A stretch of 64,000 bases of DNA from a virus: the IMG/VR virus record IMGVR_UViG_3300045988_175036, positions 1-64,000 of that record; one strand, given 5' to 3'. A model generated the notes under the pieces. The model ran no database searches. It was not told the DNA's origin and was given only the letters and a program-made list of their open reading frames with translations. Made by a program: the position numbers and the translations under genes. Positions 1-6,560 of the stretch are shown here, piece by piece. Position 1 is the first letter of the stretch. The number at the start of each line of letters is the position of its first letter.

Positions 1-20
1 ACTTTTTTTTAGTTGGAAAT

Positions 21-389
21 TCAAGTTTCGCAAAATTCTTTTTGCTCAATCATCATTGCCAACCAATCCCTAAATTGAGCATAGCTCATGGCGCGCGCGA
101 CCTCGTTTTCTATTACAACCAATCCTAGCTGGTGGTCGCGCGCGAACTCCTCTTTCAACGCGTAGTTTTTCTTTGTGTGTTCTTTTGCGTTTTCGTAATG
201 GATATCAATTAGGAGAAGTAGCTGATAGGGGACATAGCTCGTGTCTAAAATTCCAAAGGAATAACCAGTCGGCGCCCCGTGAGTCGAGCGCAACTCCTTG
301 AAAGTGTAGAACATTACATAATGAAAGCTCCATTCATCTAGGGCTTTTGCTACTAGGTTTTCGGTATATGTTTTGTGGTAACGAAGCAT
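21..389 (-). CDS. hypothetical protein (122 aa)
   Basis: ORF with AAGGAGG about 6 nt upstream of the ATG at 389. The segment LLLIDIHYEN..VVIENEV loosely resembles Vsr/DUF559-type nuclease cores, but the match is weak. Confidence 0.55.
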   Translation of the reverse strand: MLRYHKTYTENLVAKALDEWSFHYVMFYTFKELRSTHGAPTGYSFGILDTSYVPYQLLLLIDIHYENAKEHTKKNYALKEEFARDHQLGLVVIENEVARAMSYAQFRDWLAMMIEQKEFCET

Positions 390-447
390 TGCGCGCCTCC
401 TTTAGTAAGTTTTCTTCTGTTAGAAAGAGGGAAGAAAATTTGAGGAC

Positions 448-1371
448 TCAAAAATTTTGAGAGGAATACAAGAAAAACCTCTTATAACTGGAAATAAAAA
501 AATCTGTTAGAGAAAAACGGATAAGAATATTTTTGTAAGAAATAGGGCGTACAAGATAGTGGTTTAGAAGTAAGGGGGAGCATAGAAGAAAGGAGAGAAT
601 AGAAATAAAAAAGAAGTAGAAAAAGAGGAAATAGAAATAAAAAGAAAAAAAGAAAGGGAAAAGTAGAAAATATAGAGGAAGAAAAAATAATATGGGAAAA
701 TAAAAGAGGGAGAAAAGAAAAAAATTAGAAGAAGAATTATATGGAAGGGCGTAAATAATAGAATTAGAAAAAGGATATATAAGAGGGAATAATAAAAGGG
801 GAAAATAGAAGAGGAAAAGATAGGAGAGAAAGAGAAAAGAAAAAATTAGAAGAAGAGTATAAATAGAAGGGCGTAGAAGAAGGAAGACAAAAGAAGGGGA
901 TAAAGAAAAAAAAGAGAAACAAAGGAAATAGAGAAGAAAGAAAAGAAAGGGCGTAATCAATAGAACTAATAAGAGGGGAAAGTAAAATTGGAGAAAAGAA
1001 AAAGGGGAATAGAGGAAAGAAAAAGAAAAAAATCGTAGAAAAAGTGTAAACGAAAAAAAATTCCAAAAAAAAGGGAGAACAGAAAAAATTTTAGAAAAAG
1101 GGCGTAAATAAGAGGAAATAGAGGGGAGGAAGAGAAAAAAGGGGAAAAGGAAAGGGCAAAAAGGAGAAAAAAAATTCCAAAAAAAAAGAAGAGAACGAAA
1201 AAAATCGTAGAAAAAGTAAATGAAAAAATTTTCCAAAAAAGGAGAAAAAGGAAGAAAAAAGGGGAGAATAGATGAAAAGTGGAAAAAAGAAGGGAGTAGA
1301 AAAGAAAGAAAAAAGAGGGAACGAAAAGAACGAAAGAACGAAAGGAAGGAAAAAAAGAAGCTTAGAAGCAA
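448..1371. repeat. 0.9-kb polypurine (top strand) / polypyrimidine low-complexity tract with degenerate internal repeats
   Basis: The top strand is almost all A/G with scattered T. C is largely confined to five AGGGCGTA boxes (545, 747, 869, 949, 1100) and two ATCGTAGAAAAAGT boxes (1032, 1204). Partial repeats: 720-768 vs 841-885, and 1025-1090 vs 1197-1250. The only ORFs are F/L/S/P-rich translations of the bottom strand. Confidence 0.9.
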
Positions 1372-1400
1372 TGGCTTAGAAGCAACGGCTTATATATAGA
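1360..1400. repeat. 14-bp-period tandem repeat (GCTTAGAAGCAA x2 plus a degenerate third copy)
   Basis: GCTTAGAAGCAA at 1360-1371 and 1374-1385; GCTTATATATAGAAGG from 1388. Confidence 0.8.
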
Positions 1401-1531
1401 AGGGATGGCACAGTTCCCCACGTGGGAGGGGTAGAGTGCGTGTCCGGACGATGGCGGTCAATGGTTGTGGCCATTGGCGGATTGAGATATGTTGAGATAG
1501 GTAGAGGTGTGTGGAAATAGATTTCTCGCGC

Positions 1532-1571
1532 AAAATTCAATTCATTTCAAAATTCAATTCATTTCAAAATT
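1532..1571. repeat. 17-bp tandem repeat AAAATTCAATTCATTTC x2.4
   Basis: Units at 1532-1548 and 1549-1565, then a partial copy. CATTTCAAAATTT recurs at 1594-1606. Confidence 0.85.
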
Positions 1572-1663
1572 ATTTTCTGTCAAAGATTTAACCCATTTCA
1601 AAATTTTTACTATTGCTTATATAACGCTGCACCAGAAAATTTGACATCGTGTTACATGACATC

Positions 1664-1703
1664 AAAGAATAAGGAATAAGCCCCAGCTAATAAGCCAGGG
1701 CTT
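1664..1703 (-). terminator. rho-independent terminator after 1717..2085
   Basis: Top-strand arms AAGCCCCAGCT (1678-1688) and AGCCAGGGCTT (1693-1703), with one G.U pair. On the minus strand the hairpin is followed by a U-rich run, ATTCCTTATTCTTT. Confidence 0.6.
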
Positions 1704-1716
1704 AGGGGTAGAGAGC

Positions 1717-2085
1717 TCAGGAAAGCTTATAGCCCTTCTGAGTTCCCTTCTTCTCCGGAATCTTCACATCAACCTTCTCAAGCGTTCCTGCCTCGATAAG
1801 GGGCTTCAGAAGAGAAGGGATAGACTGAGGCTTGACCGTATCAGTAAGACCGGCTGCCTCGATAAGCATAGTGGCGGTCTGCGGCTCATTCGTCATAACG
1901 TCCATAATGGCATTACGAATAGGTTCCTTCTCTGCGTCCTTTGTGGCGCGCTTCTCAGCTGCCTTAGCGCGGTTCTTCTCGTTTGCAGCGTTCATTACTT
2001 CCAGCTCGTGTGCGGCGAATTCAACCAGTTCAGCGGGCAGGTTTTCAGCGGTAGCGATAGTGTTCAGAAATTCTCTCTTAGTCAT
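1717..2085 (-). CDS. hypothetical small DNA-binding-like protein (122 aa), paralog of 5082..5474
   Basis: Shares with 5082..5474 the N-terminus MT(K/T)REF.N.I..EN..AE, a basic K/A/E-rich linker and the C-terminal pattern ..SLL..L...G....V.VK....KG...KGY.L. A winged-helix fold is only inferred. Confidence 0.7.
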   Translation of the reverse strand: MTKREFLNTIATAENLPAELVEFAAHELEVMNAANEKNRAKAAEKRATKDAEKEPIRNAIMDVMTNEPQTATMLIEAAGLTDTVKPQSIPSLLKPLIEAGTLEKVDVKIPEKKGTQKGYKLS

Positions 2086-2231
2086 ACTAGTATCCTTCTT
2101 TCAATTTTCTAATAGATGGGTTTATATCCCCGATTTTAGAAATGGAAGAAGATAATCGAACGTAAGTCGCAGCTTATGCGCGGTTCCACTATGTGGAGGT
2201 TTCGTTTCTTCTTCCCTCAGTTTCTATATAT

Positions 2232-2260
2232 ATTATACTATATTTTCGTTGATTTTTCAA
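2232..2260 (-). promoter_or_regulatory. sigma-70/sigma-A-type promoter for 1717..2085
   Basis: Minus strand: -35 TTGAAA (2255-2260), 17-nt spacer, -10 TATAAT (2232-2237). Confidence 0.65.
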
Positions 2261-2270
2261 AATTGCGCCG

Positions 2271-2315
2271 GTCACGTAATGTGACATTTCTGCGCACGCT
2301 GTCATTTTACATGAC
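2271..2315. promoter_or_regulatory. two GTCAY-N5-RTGAC inverted repeats (candidate operators)
   Basis: GTCACGTAATGTGAC at 2271-2285 and GTCATTTTACATGAC at 2301-2315, just upstream of the 2232-2260 promoter. Confidence 0.6.
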
Positions 2316-2413
2316 ATCTTTCTTTGTCAAATTTTCCAGCTTAACAGTCGCAAAAAATGCGTTTTATTTTTTAAGAGGGAATTTCCATTGATACCTTTAC
2401 AAATTTCAATATT

Positions 2414-2508
2414 CAGCTTATACGTTCAAAATATTGAAGACCCAGCTTATATGAAATTTGACATAAACACAGCTTATTAGCAGGGGTGGTTGCGCAGACG
2501 CAGCTTAT
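2414..2508. repeat. iteron-like array: CAGCTTAT x4 at intervals of about 29 bp
   Basis: CAGCTTAT at 2414, 2443, 2470 and 2501, each followed by A/T-rich TTCAAAAT- or AAATTTGAC-like sequence. A further AGCTTAT lies near 2172. Confidence 0.7.
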
Positions 2509-2688
2509 TTCAAAATTTGACTTTTCATTCAAATTCGATATTAGTTATTATGTGAAGCGATAGAGTCCGCGCGATGTCATATAATATAGAAAAGCTCATG
2601 TAACGCGACAAATGTAATATTACGCGGCAAACGTAATATAATGTGGAATTTGATATTATGTAGATTGAAAATTTGACAAAAATTTGAA

Positions 2689-2707
2689 TTAGACGTGAAA
2701 CGTCTAA
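2689..2707. promoter_or_regulatory. TTAGACG-N5-CGTCTAA inverted repeat (left-most copy)
   Basis: TTAGACG-TGAAA-CGTCTAA, immediately downstream (minus sense) of the 2705-2735 terminator. Confidence 0.8.
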
Positions 2708-2735
2708 TAAAAAAAGAGTGATTAAATCACTCTTT
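2705..2735 (-). terminator. rho-independent terminator closing the leftward cassette series
   Basis: Minus strand: AAAGAGTGAT-TTA-ATCACTCTTT followed by TTTTTTATT. Confidence 0.8.
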
Positions 2736-2739
2736 ATCA

Positions 2740-2838
2740 TTATCCGAATTGGATAAAATTAGAATCTCCGCTTGCTTTCCAGGGGTGGTTGATACCCATG
2801 CGCTTGCACCAAAAATAAGCCTTAATTCTTCTAATCAT
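2740..2838 (-). CDS. small hypothetical protein (32 aa)
   Basis: AAAGGAAG RBS, ATG at 2838, translation MIRRIKAYFWCKRMGINHPWKASGDSNFIQFG. It sits between a consensus promoter and a terminator. It is below the 60-aa cutoff of the supplied ORF track. Confidence 0.45.
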   Translation of the reverse strand: MIRRIKAYFWCKRMGINHPWKASGDSNFIQFG

Positions 2839-2887
2839 TTTTATTACTTCCTTTCACTCTGGTTGTTTCTTTCAACCTTGTAACTAG

Positions 2888-2944
2888 ATTATAATATAAG
2901 AAATTGAATTTGTCAAGAACTTTTTTTAGACGGTTTACGTCTAA
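2888..2944 (-). promoter_or_regulatory. early cassette control region (promoter plus TTAGACG-N5-CGTCTAA)
   Basis: -10 TATAAT 2888-2893; -35 TTGACA 2911-2916 (17-nt spacer); inverted repeat TTAGACG-GTTTA-CGTCTAA 2926-2944. Confidence 0.75.
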
Positions 2945-2950
2945 AAATGC

Positions 2951-2979
2951 GTAAAAGAAAAGGACACATAATGTGTCCT
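2951..2979 (-). terminator. rho-independent terminator after 2995..3747
   Basis: Minus strand: AGGACAC-ATTAT-GTGTCCT followed by TTTCTTTTAC. Confidence 0.65.
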
Positions 2980-2994
2980 TTTCCTCTTTATGTG

Positions 2995-3747
2995 TCAACG
3001 CACCACGAATTTATTCTTTGTCTTGTAATACGTCGCGCGCGTTCCTTCGACGATAATTTTTTCACCCGGCAAGTCAATGGTGAACTCGCGTGTCACTTTA
3101 CGTTCAATAGAACGCTTTGCCTGATAGTCTCCATTCAAATCGGCACCACGGTCAAGGCAAGTAAACAAAATTTCTGCTTCGATTTCGCTGTCAGAAAGTG
3201 CGGTATGGTCTTCGGTGAATGACGTGTCAGAACGGATGTAACGTGTCAATGCTTCGGCAGTTGTGGAATAATGCCCGCTTTCAGTGAAAGCATTATTTTC
3301 TTCACACCATGCGCGGAATGTGTCATCAATCATAAAATGATGGACAAAACCGCGGATATCAGAAATAGGAACGGTTTCAAAAGGATTTATGACTTTGAAC
3401 CAATCGCAATTGAAATTGAAAACTTTTTCATCGAAAGCGGAATTGTAAGCAAACGCGCGTTCAACTTCATAATTGCGGAAATCACGGAGCATCTGCTGTG
3501 TTACATAACCGAACTTTTCCATTCGGATGGTTCGTGCTCTCAAAGCGCCAACATAAATAGAACGCTTGTTTGCGTAGTATGCAGTATTGAAAAGCGGGAG
3601 ATTATGCCAAATCTGCTCAATGACAAATTCACGCTTTACAAGGCAGGCGCGGGATTCTGTATCAAGAATCAGATAGCCGACATTATAACAAAACATCTTA
3701 TTTTCTTCAATTCCTGTCGTTTCAGTGTCGAATACACAAATTTTCAT
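2995..3747 (-). CDS. DEDDh-type 3'-5' exonuclease (DnaQ/epsilon-like), 250 aa
   Basis: ExoI FDTETTG near the N-terminus, ExoII YNSAFDEKVF, ExoIII HTALSDSEIE. RBS GAAAGGA. Confidence 0.75.
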   Translation of the reverse strand: MKICVFDTETTGIEENKMFCYNVGYLILDTESRACLVKREFVIEQIWHNLPLFNTAYYANKRSIYVGALRARTIRMEKFGYVTQQMLRDFRNYEVERAFAYNSAFDEKVFNFNCDWFKVINPFETVPISDIRGFVHHFMIDDTFRAWCEENNAFTESGHYSTTAEALTRYIRSDTSFTEDHTALSDSEIEAEILFTCLDRGADLNGDYQAKRSIERKVTREFTIDLPGEKIIVEGTRATYYKTKNKFVVR

Positions 3748-3806
3748 TTTTCAAAGTCCTTTCATATTTCATTGATGGGTCTTTCGTCCTCTATCAACGT
3801 AACCAT

Positions 3807-3895
3807 ATTATAGCATAGAAAAGGGATTTTGTCAAGAACTTTTTTTTGTCACGTAAGACGACGCTCGGCCGAGGTTTTAGACGATGGACGTCTAA
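3807..3895 (-). promoter_or_regulatory. early cassette control region
   Basis: -10 TATAAT 3807-3812; -35 TTGACA 3830-3835 (17 nt); degenerate GTCACGTAAGACGAC 3848-3862; inverted repeat TTAGACG-ATGGA-CGTCTAA 3877-3895. Confidence 0.75.
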
Positions 3896-3912
3896 GGTAG
3901 AATGAATGGGAA

Positions 3913-3933
3913 GAGGACGCGTTATGCGTCCTC
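3913..3933 (-). terminator. hairpin overlapping the stop codon of 3922..4092 (weak U-run)
   Basis: GAGGACGC / GCGTCCTC stem with TAA (3922-3924) in the loop. The downstream run TTCCCATTCATT is only moderately U-rich. Confidence 0.4.
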
Positions 3934-4092
3934 AGAAAAATCGCCTACGACAGAAAACCATACCTTACGGTATTCTGCTTTATAGACTTCTTGACTAACT
4001 TCTGTGAATCCTACTGTCGATAGTCTTTTTGCTTCTGATTCACTTGTCGTGCAAGTCAATCCACCTGTTTGCTTATTGATAAAATATTTCAT
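3922..4092 (-). CDS. hypothetical protein (56 aa)
   Basis: ACGGAGAA RBS precedes the ATG at 4092. The ORF track's 4110 start is a TTG lying upstream of that RBS. C-terminus ..SEDA. Confidence 0.6.
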   Translation of the reverse strand: MKYFINKQTGGLTCTTSESEAKRLSTVGFTEVSQEVYKAEYRKVWFSVVGDFSEDA

Positions 4093-4121
4093 TTCGAATT
4101 CTCCGTTCAATTTGTATCTTT

Positions 4122-4177
4122 ATTATACTACTTTTTTAGATTTTGTCAAGAAGAATTTTTAGACGTATTTCGTCTAA
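4122..4177 (-). promoter_or_regulatory. early cassette control region
   Basis: -10 TATAAT 4122-4127; -35 TTGACA 4144-4149 (16 nt); inverted repeat TTAGACG-TATTT-CGTCTAA 4159-4177. Confidence 0.75.
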
Positions 4178-4182
4178 AATCT

Positions 4183-4214
4183 TGAAAAAAAGAGGGTGAC
4201 GCTTTACGCGTCAC
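4183..4214 (-). terminator. rho-independent terminator with the stop codon of 4204..4587 in its loop
   Basis: GTGACGC (4196-4202) / GCGTCAC (4208-4214); TAA at 4204-4206 in the loop. On the minus strand it is followed by CCTCTTTTTTTC. Confidence 0.75.
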
Positions 4215-4587
4215 TTTCCTCCTTTTCCTTTTCGCGTTCCTCGCGCTTGCGCTTTGCTTCGGCGCGATTCTTTTCATCTCGTGCGATTTTTTCGGCTTTC
4301 TTCTTTGCGGTTTCGGCCTTCTTCGCGCGCTTTGCTTCGGTTTCCTGTGCGTAGTTCTGCGCTTCCTCATAACCGTCATAAGGAATATAACATTTATTTT
4401 CCTTATCGCGTTCGCCCTTCGGAATACTAAAAGCGATATTCAAATATCCTTCATCATCGCCACGCGCCCACGGGATGGAGATTGTTCCGCTTTTGACCTG
4501 TAACACATCTTCGCCCTTGCTCTCGAACAGTTCGCGCACGGCAGACATAAATTCCTCGCGGATTTCAGTTTCAACTTTACTTGCCAT
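4204..4587 (-). CDS. hypothetical protein (127 aa) with a highly charged K/E/R/A C-terminal half
   Basis: AAGGAAG RBS, ATG at 4587, C-terminus ..EESDA. Confidence 0.7.
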   Translation of the reverse strand: MASKVETEIREEFMSAVRELFESKGEDVLQVKSGTISIPWARGDDEGYLNIAFSIPKGERDKENKCYIPYDGYEEAQNYAQETEAKRAKKAETAKKKAEKIARDEKNRAEAKRKREEREKEKEESDA

Positions 4588-4622
4588 AGTTTTTGACTTC
4601 CTTTCTTTTATTTGGTAACTAG

Positions 4623-4721
4623 ATTATACCATAAATTTTTCAAAAAGTCAAGTATTTGAAGAAAAAAATTTTTGGCGCGTTAGATTGCATTCTCGAAGGA
4701 CTTTAGACGTATAACGTCTAA
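4623..4721 (-). promoter_or_regulatory. early cassette control region
   Basis: -10 TATAAT 4623-4628; -35 TTGACT 4646-4651 (17 nt); inverted repeat TTAGACG-TATAA-CGTCTAA 4703-4721. Confidence 0.7.
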
Positions 4722-4751
4722 AAATTTCTAAAGGGAAAGGCGAACCTAACC

Positions 4752-4949
4752 CTATTTTTCCTTTTCATCAATAAAAATTTCTTCATCGAGAAATTCCAAG
4801 CGATAAGTTTTTTCCTGGACAAGATAAGTTTTACAATGCGGACATTTGATAAAATACGAGTAATAATAATTATCATTTACTACTTCTTCAGTGGACTTGT
4901 AACAATTCTGAAATTCATCAAAGCGATTCTGACAATTTGGACAATACAT
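4752..4949 (-). CDS. small zinc-ribbon protein (65 aa)
   Basis: AAAGGAG RBS before the ATG at 4949. Motifs CPNC ... CPHC (CxxC-x35-CxxC). Confidence 0.65.
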   Translation of the reverse strand: MYCPNCQNRFDEFQNCYKSTEEVVNDNYYYSYFIKCPHCKTYLVQEKTYRLEFLDEEIFIDEKEK

Positions 4950-4978
4950 TTTAAAAGCTCCTTTCACTTGATATCTTT

Positions 4979-5035
4979 ATTATAGCAGAAACTTATGAAA
5001 AAGTCAAGAGAAACTTTTAGACGTTCTTCGTCTAA
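4979..5035 (-). promoter_or_regulatory. early cassette control region
   Basis: -10 TATAAT 4979-4984; -35 TTGACT 5002-5007 (17 nt); inverted repeat TTAGACG-TTCTT-CGTCTAA 5017-5035. Confidence 0.75.
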
Positions 5036-5042
5036 ATTGGTT

Positions 5043-5074
5043 CATAAAAAAGGACGTCACTTTATGTGACGTCC
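5043..5074 (-). terminator. rho-independent terminator after 5082..5474
   Basis: GGACGTCAC (5052-5060) / GTGACGTCC (5066-5074), followed on the minus strand by TTTTTTATG. Confidence 0.75.
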
Positions 5075-5081
5075 CGTTCGT

Positions 5082-5474
5082 TTACTCTACGTTGTTCGGC
5101 TCGGCGTCGCTCGGTTCGGCGTCTGCGAGGGAATAGCCCTTTGCCTTTCCCTTTCCCTTTACCTTGACTTCAACAGAAGTCACTTCACCGGACTTCTCAA
5201 GAATCCGGAGCAGAGAAGAACACTTCTGAACGTTCTTCAGTTCCGGCTTTGCATCAAAGAGGTCAGACGCGGTGATGTGGTGGTCAGCGGTGGCGAGAAC
5301 TTCGCGCACGATGGGCAGGAGCGCTTCGTTCTCCTTCTGCGCCTTCGTCGGTTTCGAAGAGCGCTCGGCGTTCTTCTTGTCCATTGCGGACAGGAGCGCG
5401 GCAGCCTTCTCAGAGATTTCAGCGGAAACGTTTTCCATGGACAGGATAGCATTGTAGAATTCACGAGTAGTCAT
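5082..5474 (-). CDS. hypothetical small DNA-binding-like protein (130 aa), paralog of 1717..2085
   Basis: Collinear similarity to 1717..2085 as described under that feature. AAAGGGG RBS. Confidence 0.7.
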   Translation of the reverse strand: MTTREFYNAILSMENVSAEISEKAAALLSAMDKKNAERSSKPTKAQKENEALLPIVREVLATADHHITASDLFDAKPELKNVQKCSSLLRILEKSGEVTSVEVKVKGKGKAKGYSLADAEPSDAEPNNVE

Positions 5475-5553
5475 AATAGACCCCTTTCATTTTAGCGACG
5501 GTCGCCACCCTATTTTTTATATTCAAGAGGTTTCCTCTCTTGATTACGCTTTT

Positions 5554-5737
5554 ATTATACCATAGATTTTTGAATTTGTCAAGAGGAAATTTTATTTTTT
5601 CAATTTCTTTTTTGTTTCTTTCCCTCTTGACATTATGGATTATATCATAATCTGCGCGAAAAGTCAAGAAGAAATTTTAGAAATTTTGTCACATAACGTG
5701 ACTTCGCGCGAGAAAGATTTAGACGAAGGACGTCTAA
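5554..5737 (-). promoter_or_regulatory. tandem-promoter control region with both palindrome types
   Basis: Proximal promoter: -10 TATAAT 5554-5559, -35 TTGACA 5577-5582. Distal promoter: -10 TATAAT 5639-5644, -35 TTGACT 5662-5667. GTCACATAACGTGAC at 5688-5702. TTAGACG-AAGGA-CGTCTAA at 5719-5737. Confidence 0.7.
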
Positions 5738-5749
5738 TTCAAGAGAGAA

Positions 5750-5777
5750 AGAAAAAAGAGGACGTTTACACGTCCTC
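5750..5777 (-). terminator. rho-independent terminator with the stop codon of 5766..5969 in its loop
   Basis: GAGGACG (5758-5764) / CGTCCTC (5771-5777); TAA at 5766-5768; U-run from the top-strand A-run 5752-5757. Confidence 0.7.
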
Positions 5778-5969
5778 TTCTCCAAAGAAATCTCTTAAAA
5801 CTGGAAGATAATTGTATCTAAAAAATGATTGAGCGGTAAAAAGATGGTCTGAAAGTTCTTGAAGTTCTGCCGCTTCTTCTTTACTTATAGTTTCTTTTGC
5901 TTGAGCAACTTCTATTGAGAGTTCTTCAATTTCGTCTACCATATTTCTAAATTTTTTAGTAAGATTCAT
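5766..5969 (-). CDS. hypothetical protein (67 aa)
   Basis: AAAGGAG RBS, ATG at 5969, C-terminus ..EEDV. Confidence 0.65.
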   Translation of the reverse strand: MNLTKKFRNMVDEIEELSIEVAQAKETISKEEAAELQELSDHLFTAQSFFRYNYLPVLRDFFGEEDV

Positions 5970-5997
5970 TTTTATTCTCCTTTCATTTGGTAATTAC

Positions 5998-6054
5998 ATT
6001 ATATCATAAAGAAATAAAAAAATCAAGAAAAATTTTTAGACGATAAACGTCTAA
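5998..6054 (-). promoter_or_regulatory. early cassette control region
   Basis: -10 TATAAT 5998-6003; -35 TTGATT 6021-6026 (17 nt); inverted repeat TTAGACG-ATAAA-CGTCTAA 6036-6054. Confidence 0.7.
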
Positions 6055-6057
6055 TTC

Positions 6058-6091
6058 AAGAGAGAAAGAAAAGAGGCGCTTTACGCGCCTC
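6058..6091 (-). terminator. rho-independent terminator after 6103..6387
   Basis: GAGGCGC (6073-6079) / GCGCCTC (6085-6091), followed on the minus strand by TTTTCTTTCTCTCTT. Confidence 0.7.
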
Positions 6092-6102
6092 AAAAAGATA
6101 TA

Positions 6103-6387
6103 TTACATTTTATTTTGCTCCTTTTCGTTGAGAATGTCAAAACATTTATTTTCATCAACTCCAATAAAAGTTACTTTACAAGAAACAGAATAGAATTTCC
6201 CACTTTTAAAGCTTGCTTCCCATTTTGCTACATATTTAAGACCATTGTTATCGTTTCGCCATTCTCCCGTTACCGTGCTTGTGATATATTTTCTTGCTAC
6301 TTTGTCTTTGACGTGGTTTTTCGCCATTACCATAGCCTGCTGAAGGTTGATAAAATAATATCCTCTTACGCGATAAATCATAGTCAT
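6103..6387 (-). CDS. hypothetical protein (94 aa)
   Basis: AAAGGAG RBS, ATG at 6387. Confidence 0.65.
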   Translation of the reverse strand: MTMIYRVRGYYFINLQQAMVMAKNHVKDKVARKYITSTVTGEWRNDNNGLKYVAKWEASFKSGKFYSVSCKVTFIGVDENKCFDILNEKEQNKM

Positions 6388-6461
6388 TAGAAATTCTCCT
6401 TTTGTGGTAAGTCACAACCTATTTTTATTTTGTTGAGTTCCTGTCTCAACTTTGTAATTAG

Positions 6462-6528
6462 ATTATAACATAAAAGTTTTGATTTGTCAATAATTTTTCG
6501 AAAAATTTTTTAGACGGTCTACGTCTAA
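6462..6528 (-). promoter_or_regulatory. early cassette control region
   Basis: -10 TATAAT 6462-6467; -35 TTGACA 6485-6490 (17 nt); inverted repeat TTAGACG-GTCTA-CGTCTAA 6510-6528. Leader hairpin GTTGAG..CTCAAC at 6432-6450. Confidence 0.75.
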
Positions 6529-6560
6529 TAGGAAAGGGAATACGCTTATCGCGTATTCCC
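6529..6560 (-). terminator. hairpin with the stop codon of 6546..6899 in its loop
   Basis: GGGAATACGC (6536-6545) / GCGTATTCCC (6551-6560); TAA at 6546-6548; short U-run TTTCCTA. Confidence 0.55.

Noticed and set aside
448-1371. 307-aa and nested 100-aa minus-strand ORFs (F/L/S/P-rich)
   Set aside because: They are translations of a polypyrimidine tract. They are homopolymer-like, have no RBS, and stay open only because the composition excludes stop codons. I treat the region as non-coding low complexity.
1400-1530. The G-rich segment as a tRNA or other known small RNA gene
   Set aside because: No T-loop (GGTTCGAAT-like) or acceptor/anticodon-stem arrangement could be found by eye. No tRNA-like sequence was seen elsewhere in the window either.
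2176-2740. 71-aa ORFs at 2176..2391 (+) and 2525..2740 (-)
   Set aside because: They run across promoter, operator, iteron and terminator elements. They are AT-rich with improbable composition and have no RBS.
4146-4379. 77-aa Arg/Lys-rich ORF in an alternative frame of 4204..4587; the same applies to the 5237..5464 minus-strand ORF and the plus-strand ORFs at 5272..5495
   Set aside because: These are shadow frames of charged or GC-richer coding sequence. They have no RBS and overlap better-supported genes.
5461-5667. 68-aa minus-strand ORF
   Set aside because: It spans two consensus promoters and the 5' leader of 5082..5474, and it has no RBS.
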